Shown here piece by piece: positions 32,148-47,617 of a DNA stretch of 64,000 nucleotides; position 1 is the stretch's first letter, and every line of letters starts with the position of its first letter. A program made the position numbers and the translations under genes. A model generated the notes under the pieces. The model did not search any database. It saw only the letters and a program-made list of their open reading frames with translations, and was not told where the DNA came from. The DNA lies in assembly GCF_009914755.1 (NCBI RefSeq), contig NC_060935.1. One strand, 5' to 3'. The stretch is from the human T2T-CHM13v2.0 reference genome, Homo sapiens.

Positions 32148-32557
32148 TCTGGCAAATCTCTTAACCCTACTAAACCCCACATTCCTCATCCATAACCCTG
32201 CCCCTCCTCCAACAACAGAAATCACTGACACTGCAAGCACCCTTGCTCCTGACATCCCACTTGATATCACCTTTGATCCGCAAGGATAATCCTAGAAAAT
32301 ATGCCCTAGTCTTACGCGATTTTACAGATTTATTATCTATCTGTGAAAATGGGAACAACAATATTGATTCTCTTAACTTTCTTGAAGAGTCAATGAGATC
32401 ATTTACGGAATGTGCTTGGCACAGACTCAGTGAAAGATAAAAGCTTGAAGCCTATGGTTAGACCTAAGGTCAGCCACCCACCCAGACCCAGGACCAAGCC
32501 CTGAATGTCTAGAGCACGGTTCTTCGCAGACACACCCCAGCCCTGGGTATCAGCGTG

Positions 32558-32593
32558 GTGACTCAGCAGAGGGCATTCCACAGGCTTATAAAA
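32558..32593 (+). promoter_or_regulatory. Putative ARE (NRF2/BACH1-sMAF) + TEAD + TATA-like element
   Basis: GTGACTCAGCA 32558-32568, GCATTCCA 32573-32580, TATAAAA 32587-32593; motif match only. Confidence 0.4.
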
Positions 32594-33309
32594 AAGTTGT
32601 CTGGGAAAGCCCCACCTGACTGTGGCCAAGATCCCTCAGTACTCTAGAAGAGCAGGGGACCTGTCTGGAGAAAGGATAGGAATTTGAAGCTTTGTCTCTG
32701 AAGTCCAGAACTGCAAAACAGCCCCCCGCTGAAATTCACAAACCACTGTTTCCTTCAGTGCCTGTCCCAAGCTAGGCCCTGTGCTAGCCCTGGAGATAGA
32801 AAAGAGACTTGGTTCCCTTAGCAGCCAGCCTGGACTCAGCAGGCCAAACCTTCCCCAGGAGGGGGATGCTGACCTCTGGAGATGTTGCTGCTGACCAAGG
32901 GAGGTAATTGTTTCTTTAAAAAAAAAAAAATCACTTTCAGTTGTTAAATGAATAAACCACTCTAAAACACTTAGGAGATAAGAAGGCAATCTATCAGGAC
33001 TCCCCTGACCTTTGAAAACTCAAAGTGAAAATGGAAGCAGGCCCAGGCTGACCGATAGTGGGAAAAGCAGATCAGCAGCAGTTTCACCACAATACAAAGA
33101 GACTGAAAACCCTGCACATTTTTAGCATGTGACTAGAATAATCCACATCAGGGCCCCTAGCACAAAATGCAGGACAATAAAATACGCAGAAAAACAGGGA
33201 TATCTCATTGTAACTGAACGAGCACTTACTTGCTGCCTGCATTAAGCCTTTTATGAAGATCATTTCATTTAATTTCATTTACTCTTCCCCATGGTGAATA
33301 AGAGCTGGG

Positions 33310-33840
33310 CTTAGAGTTGTTGGCCTGGATTGTTCTAAATATTCACTCTCCCAACCCCCAATGTACTCGCTGTTTGACTTTGGGCACTTTGCTTAACTGC
33401 TTTAGGCCTCAATGTCCTCATCTATCAAACTGCGATTCTAGGGTCCCTTATAAGATTGTTGTAATCCCAGCACTTTGGGAGACCGAGGAGGGTGGATCAC
33501 TTGAGCCCAGGAGTTCGAGACCAGCTTGGGTTACATGGCAAAACCACGTCTCTACCAAAAATACAAAAATTAGCCAGGCTTGGTAGTGTGTGCCTGTGGT
33601 TCCAGCTACTCTGGAGGCTGAAGTGGATGGATCGCCTGAGCCCGGGAAGTCATCAAGGCTGGATTAAGCAGAGGTCACGCCAGTGCACTCCAGTCTGGAT
33701 GACAGAGTGAGACCCTGTCTCAAAAAACTTTCAAAAAAAGAAAAAGATTGTTTTAAACACTAAATGAATAAATCTCCATAAAGCACTTGCCTTAGGATCT
33801 GGAACACAAGTCCTCCATAAATGCTGGCTACTATTATTAT
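33310..33840 (+). mobile_element. MIR split by a 5'-truncated AluJ (33461-33744)
   Basis: MIR core on both sides; AAGATTGTT TSD. Confidence 0.8.
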
Positions 33841-35033
33841 AATGGCTGACAACAGCCTCTGACTGACACATGCCTCATCTCTGTCTCACATACATTAAAA
33901 CCAAAACTTCCAAGGTCAGAAGGGCTCAGGTTCAGCACCGTTTCCTCTCCAGGCTGCTGTGATATGCCTACCCCACCACACTGCCACCCTGGCGAGAGCT
34001 GAGGACCAGCACAGCCTCCTCCCCACTGAACTTTCCTTGCAGGCAGAGGGCTTTGGATTCTTTGGTTTTCCTCATGGAGGAAATCACCCCCTACAGCAAA
34101 CCACCCAGGACCAGGTATCCACTTCCGGCATCTTTCTATGGAAGCCGACTGCAGACCAGTCTCAGGCAGTGCTTGGCTGTGCAAGTCCTGAGGCCTAATT
34201 CTCAATTATCTGAGGTGTGGAGACACCTGCGGCACTCACCAGACTAACTGGGTCTGGCATAGCAATTGATCTCTAGTTGTGTTGATTTTTGTGGATTTGC
34301 TTTTCTCCTCTGATCCAGATGAGGTGAGGGAAGGCATGAGATGAGCAGGAGCTGGTGTCTGGGTGGCTCACGGGGCTGCCACCTTCCAGACCACGGCACA
34401 GCCTGCTTCTGGGGCTCATACACTCTGATGTACCCTGGGGTCCCTTCCAAAGCATGGTGTTTCACAATGAAGGGAAATGGAAGCTCTTTGGTGGGCTGCT
34501 GCTTCCACACTGAGCACCAGTAGAGGTGAAAAGCCCATCTCACCAGCTCCAATCCAAAGCTGTCCCCAAAGTATCAGGAGCCACTGTGCTGTTCTAGACT
34601 AAATGGTAAACTGAGTAATAAACCCAGGCCTTGAAGCTGCAGCCACGGAAACACATGGGCCCCAGCAGGGGAGAGAGGCCCTCCTCATCCTGGGGCCACA
34701 AATATCTGTCACTCAGGGACTGGCTTTGCTGCCAGCTTCTAAAACGTTCAGGCCAATGCCTGGCACAAGCCCCTATAAGGGTATGAGGGGCGTGGGGCCT
34801 GCTGGATCAGCCAGGAGACACACCTCTCATTCCTTTTCTCTCTTCCTAAAAGACAATTCTATTCAAAGGGAGACTCTTCTGCTGAACAAAAAAGTAACAA
34901 CAAAATCCCCTCAGGGAATTCTGTGGGTTTCCTAAACCCACAGAGTTCAACAAAATTGGCCAAGGTTGGATAGGTTCTTATCCAAACTTCGATACAAGGG
35001 CTTTTTTGTTTGGTTTTAAAATGACAAATCTTG

Positions 35034-35347
<314 letters not shown>

Positions 35348-35378
35348 CAAATCTTGTCTCCCTGGACCTTTTTCTTGA

Positions 35379-36356
<978 letters not shown>

Positions 36357-36429
36357 TACATGTATTGAGGAGTCAAGGCCCAGCCAGGGCCAAAATGCAG
36401 GCCAAGAAATCTTAGCAAACCAATGACAC

Positions 36430-36610
36430 CACCAATTATAGCAATAGCTGATACAGATTGTGCATTGACTACAAATCAGATACTCTGCTAAGCACTTCAC
36501 ATGTACCATTTCATTTAAACCTCCTATGAGAAAACATTTAAACAACTCTATGAGAAAAGTAATTATCGGCACCATTTTGTACATGAGGAAATCGGTTCAG
36601 AGGCATAAAG
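36430..36610 (-). mobile_element. MIR SINE
   Basis: CTAAGCACTTCACATG...TCATTTAAACCTC...CATTTTGTACATGAGGAAA. Confidence 0.75.
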
Positions 36611-36804
36611 GAGAAAGACACATATCTGTTGGGCATTTATGTCTTAACTCGAGGAAGAAGGCATGTATATGCTGTGTATTACACAAGCACAGGGAGAAAG
36701 AATAGCTACACCTGGTGGGCAAGGTCCTTGCTCAGCTTATGGATCCACTGTGGGAAAACCCAAAGGGAACACCAGGTAGCAATCATTCAATTTACTTATC
36801 TATA

Positions 36805-37101
36805 ATTTTTCTTAAAAAAAAAAAAAAAAAAAAAAAAAACAGGGTCTTGCCCTGTCACCCAGGCTGGAGTGCAATGGCACAATCATAGCTCACTGCAGCC
36901 TTTGGGCTCAAGTGATCCTCCCACCTTAGCCTCTCCAGTAGCTAGGGGAGGCTTGCACCATCATGCCCAGCACATTTTTAATTTTTTTGTAGAGGGTGGG
37001 GGATCTCATTTGTAGCCCAGGCTGGTCTCAAGCTCCTGGCCTCAAGTGATCCTCCCATCTCAGCCTCCAAAAGTGCTAGGTATGAGCCACTGTACCTGGC
37101 C
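36805..37101 (-). mobile_element. Alu (AluJ-like)
   Basis: Diverged reverse Alu; A26 run at tail junction. Confidence 0.9.
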
Positions 37102-37525
37102 TCTGTTCATTTTTTAAAGGGTTAACTACCAGTTTCCTATTAAACAAACAAACAAACAAACAAAAAAAACCCTTCCTTACTACCTTTAATTATGACTTCA
37201 TTTCCATTCTACATTCCTAGAAACCAGGAAGGCTATTACTGAAAGTAGGAATTTAAAAAGCAGAAAGTAAAGTGGATTACAGCCTGATCCATTTCAGGGG
37301 TGATTCTGCCTTCAGAGGAAAACCAAAGGTACTGTTTGGGCCTTTGATGTGGTCATAACACCCTCCCCTCAGCTTCCTTAAGAACGTAAAACAAGTTAAT
37401 TAGTTCACAAGTGTGGTTTTCATAAGTGAACACAAACATACAACTTTTCAAAGCAGGACACATTGAGGTTGTGGGTATTTCAACTGCCAAATCTATGGGA
37501 GCAGTCACAATCTGATGTCTAGTAA

Positions 37526-37862
<337 letters not shown>

Positions 37863-38369
37863 TGAAAGACACTCGCAACATGAATTTGCAAGTGGTCATG
37901 ACTTGCACCCTCGTGAATGCGCAGCCTTGAGGGGAGCTGGGGTCAATGGGACCACCACTGAATCAATGACTGAAGCTCATGCCTTTAAGGACAAGCTTCA
38001 GAATCTGGCCCTGAACTGCAACTGTGGTCAGTGTAGGACGATATATGTATTAATGAAAAAGTTGGCAAGAAGTGGTGAAATAATAGCTTCACATAAAAAT
38101 ATCCAGAGCTGGCTGCAGGTTCTACAAAAGCAACAGCCGTAAAGTAGCTTTGACAAGAATATCCCCACCAAGGCTTCTCAAATAGTAGAAAGCACTTGGG
38201 GAATATCCTCTAGTACAATAGGGCCTAGAATGTTTACAAGAGGGCAGGCCTCCTGGCAGGTCATTTCATGACCTTCCAGAAAGGGGGAGGTCATTTGAGC
38301 TTGACCCCACTACCCCACTTGAACATCTAACTCGGAGCTTTGTCCCAGTTAAGTAAATATATGAAATGT

Positions 38370-38525
38370 CTTTTCTTTGTTGTTAGAGTCTTGCTCTGTT
38401 GCCGAGGCTGGAGTGCCGTGGTGTAATCACAGCTTACTGCAGCCTTGAACTCCTGGGTTCAAGTGATCCTCCTGCCACAGCTTCTGAGTGGCTGGGACTA
38501 CAGATGTGCCACCATGCCTAGCTAA
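38370..38525 (-). mobile_element. Alu right arm only (AluJ/FRAM-like)
   Basis: Single right monomer; TAAGTAAATAT on both flanks. Confidence 0.85.
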
Positions 38526-39499
38526 GTAAATATTTCTTCAGCATCCATCACTCTATAACATCAGGAGGGCTGAAGAAGCCCAGTTCACAGTCCTGTTCTC
38601 ACAAAGCTTGTGGCCTGGCTGTGAAATGAGACCTTGCTGGTATAGAGTGGTCTACATGGCTCTGGCAGAATAACCCCAATGGTGCTCAGTGACTATAAAA
38701 GCATCCCTGGGGATCTGGTGACACCTTGAGCTGGTCCTGGAAGATAGAGCTGGGAAACTCAGGCAAAGATTGATAGGAGTTGGGATTCTAGGGAGGAGCC
38801 AAGGCAGAAAAGCACAAGCTGCCTTGGAACTGAAAGAACAGGGGTCTTGGAGAGCTGGGTGTTCTAAGAGCACAGAGGAGGGAAGGCTGGCAAGGTAGAT
38901 GGAGGCTGAGGGTATCTAGGCATTAAGGACCTTGTATCTTCTGGCAATAAGTAGACATTGAAGGTTTCAGTGCAAGAGCAGGGGCAAATGAAGACTCCCC
39001 AGTTCTTCTTAAGGGGCCATAAGAGTCCTCTAGTACAACCAGACTGCAATCTGTAGGGCCAGGGAATCATCCCCAGCACCCATGAAGATGTCTGGCATGT
39101 AGTGCATATGCAATAAATACTTGCTCAACAAAGTGACGATAAATGTGAATCTTGAAATCTCTTCCTTCCTTGCCCAAATAGCTTAGTTTCTCATGGGAGA
39201 AAACAAGTGGAATTTATTGACATCAAATGGCAGGGTTGTGGCCAACTGCAACAATTTTTCAAACAAACCCTAGGATAAGCTTTCTGCAGAAACAGAGATA
39301 AAACTTCATCCTGAAAGAGGAGCGATGCATGTGGAAAGTGAACAGACATGGCAGAAAGACGCTTCATCATTCTAGTCTCCAGAGCAATTCCTCCCAATCC
39401 TCAGAAGCCTTCACTAAGTTTCCCTCCCTGAGAGAGAGAGCACCAACCCCAAACTTCTTTCTGCGGCTACAAATGCTCTGCTCCCTCTAATAAAGCTAA

Positions 39500-39730
39500 A
39501 GTTGCCATTACTGAGATCCTACCAGGTGTGTAAGGCACTTTGCAAATTACCTTCTGCCTATTTAATCCTCAGAATAACTAGGGGGGTAGAAACCATCATT
39601 GCCATTTTACATATGAGAAAACCGAGGTTCAGAGAGGTTAAGTAACTTGCCCAAGGAAGCACAGCTAGTTAAAGGCAAAGCAAGACTCACATCCAGGTCT
39701 GTCTGCCATCAAACATGTGTTTTTACCCCT
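39500..39730 (-). mobile_element. MIR SINE
   Basis: CCATTTTACATATGAGAAAACCGAGGTTCAGAGAGGTTAAGTAACTTGCCCAAGG. Confidence 0.9.
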
Positions 39731-40391
39731 ATATTTACTCCTCCTTCTGATCTCTCAGGCTACACCCATGGAGTTGGCAGGTAGAAGCTGGTGGGCTAAG
39801 AGATAAATCTTCTACCCTGGCTTCTTAATAGGGGCTGGCCTGGCTGTTGTAAAGGGGAAGTAGGAGGAGCCTCTCAGAGGCAAGGAGAATGGCTCCTCCC
39901 ATATTCTGTGACAACCAACACCAAAATAGAGCGGGTGAGGCTGCCCATGGGCGTGGGCTCTGCACCCTGATTTCAGAGGGCATCACTCAGCTGTGAATCA
40001 TGCCTTAGTGACAGGCAAGGAGCCTGCTCAGACAGCGCTGACACTGATTCTGCTCTGGCTGAGTGACAGCCCCAGGGGAAGAGGCGGGGCTCATCTCCAA
40101 AGGGGGACCACACAGAGAAATACAGCCAGAAACACAGCTCCCGACACTGTCTCAGGCACCAGTGAAATGCTAGGGTGGCTGGCTCTGTTAAAGGGACCCT
40201 GTCCTCCTCCTTCCCCTGGGCCAACTGTTGACCGGTGTCCATGCCATGCCCAGCAGGATGTCAGCTATGCTGGGGGAAGCCGCGCACTCTCTGAGCTATA
40301 AGAGAGTACATGGAGGGTTCTTTACTTTCTCTCATTATCTGACGTGCATTTGTGTAAGACTCCTGAACTTTTTTTTATTTGCTGGGACCAG

Positions 40392-40406
40392 GTGCAATGC
40401 AAAAAG
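40392..40406 (+). other. Candidate 15-nt microexon or 3' end of an alternative first exon
   Basis: T8-ATTTGCTGGGACCAG|GTGCAATGCAAAAAG|GTGAGT. Confidence 0.3.
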
Positions 40407-42112
40407 GTGAGTATGTTCTTCAAGTCAGAGCACTACACAGATATAAGGAATTACAGTAAAGAAAGTTAAAATGGAGTGGAGGACACAACTGTTCCTCAGG
40501 AAACAACTAAAGCAGAATGTGAGGCTATCTACAGAGACATGAGGAGTGATTCACCGCAGACTAAAAAAACAGGAGCTTGAACGATAGAAAAAGATCCAAA
40601 TCATTCCTGGTATTGTTTTCCTCTTGTGCTCACTGGAAATCTGCAGCCAGTGGAGGAGACTTTCCTCACCCAGTCCCATCCTGGGAGTCACAGTGTTTAG
40701 GGCACTCAGGGATCTAAGCTGCCAAAGTCAGCCCCACCCCACTCCCATCCCCTCCACCCAGGGGCTTGCAATCCCAGGGAAGAGGAGAGTTTCATGAAAG
40801 CTGCAAAACTCACAGCAAGGCCCGGATGGTGGTTCGGAGTTCATGCTCCAGGGGTTCATGAGGCTGAGCTGAAAGGAAGTCACCTGACACAGCATGAGCC
40901 CCCACACCAGAGCTGGCCAGAGCCCCACGACTCCATGCCTGGGAAAGCCGTGGCAGGAGTGACAGCGAGGAGGCCAGATGCACGAGCCTCTTCCTGAACC
41001 ATCGCATCTCCCCACTTCCTATCAGCCTTTTCTTTGGACTGGCCCCATCTCTTCCCTGGCTTGGGGCTGACTTCCCTTTAGGAATAGGTGTCTTTGGAGC
41101 ATCCAGGCAGCTGATAATGACCACTGCTTAACCAGCCCTCCTCAGTCACAGGGGGAGAGTGCCATCTGGACATCATGACCTCCCCACCACCGCTGGGCAT
41201 GACCCTAAGAGAAAGACTAGATTCCTAACCTGTGCTAGGGCATCTCCTGTGCCACTCCCCCAACCCTCCAACCTGCCTGAAAGAGAGGAGAGCAGGGAGA
41301 GAGAATGGGGGGAAGGGTGGGGCCAGGAGGGGGATTGGGAGACAGCCTCCTGGTCCTGGTCCAGCACCTTCCTGAGGCTTAGAAGCTCTCCTGCCCTGGG
41401 GCTCCCCTACTTCAAATAATCCTCTCCTGTCTTATTTTCCACCTTCTACTCAAACATGTTTTTATAACGTGCAACCACCAGAGACCTCCCTAACCTAGTA
41501 CCAGGGCCAACTGGACTCCCAGCTGGGCCAGAGGAGGCTGGGGGACCTCCTGGGAGCTTGGACACCTGGGCCTCTCCTGCCCAACCCAGGTGGCTGTCAC
41601 CTGGCCTGCACATGGCTCAGGGCCCGATTCCACCCCTCCACCCCCAGGAGGAAGAGCTGCTTTGGCAGCTGCCCTTGGTGGAGAAACCTACGTGTGCTAG
41701 CCCCTAGGTCCCCTCTTCTGTTTTCCAGCAAATCCCCATCTCCACCTGGGAAAGGCTCAGTCCAAGTGATCTCCTCAATGCTCCTCCCAGAGGATGGCAA
41801 GGCTGCTCTATGCCACACCAGAAGCCCCAGCTCCTCCAGGTGGAAAGCACAGGAGAGTCTGGGAGAATCTCCACCCCCTTCTCCCATCTCACACCCGTCC
41901 CTGGGTCACTTGCCATCTCCACAGGCCCAGAGGCCTCACCTGGGCCAGAAGACACACTAGAGGCCTGGGATTCTTCTCTCTTCTTCCTTCAGAGTGACAG
42001 GGAGCACTGTTCATGTCGGCAACTCCTGTGGCCCCTGCCCTGTTGCAGACAGACCTGCACAGCTCTGAGAAGCCAGCCCCACTCATTAAATTAATTAAAT
42101 TCCTGCTTTCAA

Positions 42113-42463
<351 letters not shown>

Positions 42464-42920
42464 TTATTGCTGCTTTTTCCTGCCTGGGCACAGTGTCCTC
42501 TCCTCCTTCATTACCTGCTGGAAGGGAGCAAAACTCTTCATTCTCCCAAGGAAGGGATCTTTCTCTGGTATGCAGGGCACTGAAGAGAAAACTTCCTTGT
42601 TTGGCCCTTGAGCTTAAAACTACCATGTCCCCCTCTCCAATCCTCCCTCAGTGAAGTTCGTGGGTCTCTCCCCAGGTGGACCGTGAGAGCACTGGCCATG
42701 TAGATTTGTAGTTTCCTATGTGGTACAGCAGTGGCAGTGTAACAGTACCCACAGCTTAATAAGTCATGACTTAAACGACTTAAGTCACTTGAGCACTTAT
42801 CAAGGCCAGATACTGAGTCAAATGCTTTGCAGACACTATTTTATTAAATCCTCACAACAACACCATAAGGAAGGTATTATTACCCCCATTTGTACTGCAG
42901 AATCTCTTCCATGACTGTAA

Positions 42921-43752
<832 letters not shown>

Positions 43753-44210
43753 GGCATAAAGCCAAATTTTGCACAAATTACTTCCATCCATACCATATCA
43801 TTCAATGTTCACAACAAGCAAACAGAGCACATTTATGCCATTTACAGATGAGAAAACTGAAATTCAGAGATCTGGCTCAAGCTGAATCGGATTAAGCACT
43901 TCACTCTCTAAACTCCTAAACTATTTCCATTGTGTGATCTTCTCCTAAACTTGACCTCTAGCCTAAGGGCCTAGAGTAATTGTCCTGCCCAGGAGCCCTA
44001 TCAGGATCCACATCACTTTCTCACCTTTCCCCTCAACTCTGGGAAGTAAAAGGAAGGAATGCACCCAGCAGAGAACGGTACAGACAGCCCATGGCAGGGA
44101 TCTCCTCAGATCAAAAAGGACAAGGTGCTCAGGATTCAAAATCCTTTAAGCTGCTCCATGGTTCTAAGTTATATTTCTAAAAATTAGAAAAGTGAGTCAG
44201 AAATTAAAAA

Positions 44211-44532
44211 CTTCTTTTTTTTTTTTTGAGACACAGTCTCGCTCTGTTGCGCAGGCTGGAGTGTAGTGGCACAATCTCAGTTCACTGCAACCTCAAGCGA
44301 TTTCAACTTCAACTCAAGTTCAACTTCAACTTCAAGCAATTCTTGTGTCTCAGCCTCCCAAGTAGCTGGGACTACAGGTACGTGCCACCACACTTGGCTA
44401 ATTTTTATATTTTTGTAGAGACAGGGTTTCACCATGTTGCCCAGGCTGGTCTTGAACTGCTGAGCTCAAGTGATCCGCACGCCTCGGCCTCCCAAAGTGC
44501 TGGGATTACAGGCGTGAGCCACCAGGCCCGCC
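44211..44532 (-). mobile_element. Alu with (TTCAAC)n insertion
   Basis: Reverse Alu; TSD AGAAATTAAA. Confidence 0.93.
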
Positions 44533-46189
44533 CAGAAATTAAATACATTTTTTTTCCCCTCCTCTACCGGTCTTATCCGAGGAGCCATAAAAATAGAGGG
44601 GGAGAAATGTGATCCCACAATGGCCTCAAGGACATTCCAAATGTCTTCTTAAGTAAAACCCAACTCCTGATCATTTCCTTTCGGGCATCACTACCCAGCC
44701 CAGTTTTCAGGACATCAGCATTCAGTCCAAAATGGTGCAGAACCCACTAGGTGGAGATTAAGTCCTCACAAAACACCCTGGCACTAGCCCAACACCTATT
44801 TCTGTTCCTGCGTAAAATCCAACCAAAGAGTCTCAGCAACTGTGTTGTCCACACTGCCGTCGGTTTTATCATCTACTTGTGGGGGGTGGGGCGGGGGGCA
44901 CCTAGAGACAAATAAATCACACGAGGAACAGTCAGATGGAAAACATAAACTTAATAAAACACAGACAGAAAATAAACCACTGGCCCAGCCACTAGTGACC
45001 AGTGCAATGTTGTCTTTCTCCCCCCTCCCTTCTGGTCCCTGGTGAATGCCCCCTAATTCTGGGAAAGGCTCCCTTTCGTCTTCTGAGTCAGTCTTGAAGG
45101 AATACTGCAGTATTTCAGCCTTGGGTTTCTAGCAGAGAAACAAACCCGGTTTTGTCATATAATTTTCTGCACCTCCACTGAAATAACACATCATTTGTGG
45201 ATCCGTGCTAAAGCAAACACCATATGGTGGCTGTGTAAAAAGCTGTCCGGGGTTCTGACCTTCCAGTTGTAGGGGGTTTGTTTGGGAAAAGAAGCCAGGG
45301 TTGGGGGAGAATCAAGTCGCTAATGAGACATGGTGTCGGCAACCTGTACAGTGTGACATTTGGGGGCTTGGTGGAGGACGAGGTTGGTGTCAGGTTCCAA
45401 ACACTCAAGGCAAAATCACCAATGACTTTTTTGTTTCCCAAGTGAAAAATGGTTCATGAAGTCTATTTTCCCAGTCTCTTATCTCAACACTCACGCTCTT
45501 TCACTCCGGAGGGGACGGACGGAGAGCCACAGGCTAACCAAGAGGAAAATTACAACCTAAAAAATCTTGCTGGCAAATTCTCCGTTTTGTGGACTGTCAT
45601 GGCTGTGCAGCTGCAAGGATGAGACAGAGTTTGTCCTGTCTCTGGCCAGATTTCTTGAGTTGCTCTGAACTGCTACCCAACCAGGGCTCATCTACACACA
45701 GAGCCACTCATAGTAGTCAAATGCCTTCTGAGCAGCTTAGCTGGTAAAACACAAACTTATTTAAGAAATATTAAAGTTCTGAATATACAGTGCAACTTCA
45801 TTATTCCTCACACATGAAATGACCCCAAGTGTTAGTACAAATAGCAGGTGGCCTATGGTCCGATGAAGTGGGCTTGTTATGAAGATAGGTCTTAATACCA
45901 ACCTCTGAATTCTGACTTGTCCATTCAGAACACCATGGTGGAAAAAATGAAAAGAAAATGAACCCAAGAGCCACACGTGGCTCAGGAAGATGTGGCTCTA
46001 TGGCAGCAGAGAAGGAAGAAAAAGCGACTGCAGCATTTAGAATTGGTACTTATCAAAAGCAACCCAGAGCGCCACATCTCCAGGAGGCCTCTAAGAGGTG
46101 AAGGTGGAGGAGAGTTTTTACACTAGAAACGGGCACAGAACCCAGCCAAGGAAAGAGAAGGCTTGCCATCATATACTCAGATGAATCAG

Positions 46190-46308
46190 GTAGCCTCTAG
46201 AACTTTCTGTAATGGTGACAGTGCTCTGTATCTGTGCTGTCCAACACAGTAGTCACTAACCCACACAATCATCGAGCATTTGAAATGCAGCTAATACGAC
46301 TGAGGAGT
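46190..46308 (+). mobile_element. MER3 5' fragment
   Basis: TAGAACTTTCTGTAATG...TATCTGTGCTGTCCAACACAGTAG. Confidence 0.75.
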
Positions 46309-46310
46309 GA

Positions 46311-46615
46311 CTTCTTTTTTTTTGAGACAGGATTTCGCTCTGTTGCCCAGGCTGGAGTGCAGTGGTGCAAACATGGCTCACTGCAGCTTCGACCTCCTGG
46401 ACTCAGGCATTGTCCTATGTCAGCCTCCTGAGTAGCTGGGGCTACAGGCGTACACCACCACATCTGGCTAATTTATTTTTATTTTCTGTAAAGATAGGGT
46501 CTTGCTATGTTGCCCAGAATGGTCTGAATGGTCTCAAACTCCTGGGCTCAAGCAATCCACCTACCTCACCCTCCCAAAGTATAGGGATTACAGGCGTGAG
46601 CCACTGCACCTGGCC
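46311..46615 (-). mobile_element. Alu (AluJ-like)
   Basis: Diverged reverse Alu, GAATGGTCT duplicated. Confidence 0.92.
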
Positions 46616-47321
46616 TTGAGGAGATATTCTCTACCTAGGGGTTGTTAATAATCACATGGACCCACCTAATCCCTCCAAAGCACATCCCAATCAGTCACAG
46701 GCCATGCTACCCCAGTCTCCCTGAGTCCCCAGCCCAGAGTCCCTCAAGGAGGCAAGGCCCAGGCAGGGGCAGCAGAGCCTTCAGGCAGTTCTCTAATGAC
46801 CCCTGCAACTCCACTGTCAGGACCCGCCTCAATAACTCCAATCTGTGTTGTCCCCATAGAAATCTCAGGATTAAGGGTCCCAGGGCATACTTTATGGATT
46901 GTGATGTTGGCCTATAAACTTTGTGTCACTGATCCCAACAGTTCTCCACTATTACTGTGTATCCCTCACAGGTTTTCCCCACAGGTCATTTGAATATGGA
47001 ATGACAATTTACAAATATCTATCCCACTTCATTTTTTTTTCCCTTTAATCCTCACAGTGAGAGAGAGGTAAGAGGAGGTACCATCACACCTGTCTTACAG
47101 ATGAGAAATACCCCTGTCAAAGATTTACAGAGATGGAATTAATGACACAATAGTAGACTGAAGACAATCCAGTGTTGCTCTAGGCAACTTATTTAACTTC
47201 TCAGTGTTTTGGTGCCATCTATCAAATGGAAACAGCAGTAGGAATTGCCTCTTAGAGTTGTGAGTTAAAATATGCACAGTCCTTAGAACTGTGCCTAGTG
47301 AGCACTACAGAAGTGCCTGCT

Positions 47322-47617
47322 CTTTTTTTTTTTTTTTTTTTTTTTGAGACGGAGTCTTGCTCTTGTTGCCTAGGCTGGAGTGCAGCAGGGCGATCTCAGC
47401 TGAATTCAACCTCCACCTCCTGGGCTCAAGCAGTTCTCCTGCCTCAGCCTCCTGAGTAAGGCACCTGCCACCATGCCCAGCTAATTTTTGTATTTTTAGT
47501 AGAGACGGGGTTTCACCATGTTGGCCAGGCTGGTCTCAAACTCCTGACCTCAGGTGATCTACCTGCCTCGGCCTCCCAAAGTGCTGGGATTAAAGGCGTG
47601 AGCCACTGTGCCCAGCC
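47322..47617 (-). mobile_element. Alu (AluSx/Sq-like)
   Basis: TSD AGAAGTGCCTGCTCT. Confidence 0.95.

Noticed and set aside
45101-45114. 14-bp palindrome AATACTGCAGTATT
   Set aside because: About four such palindromes are expected by chance in 64 kb.
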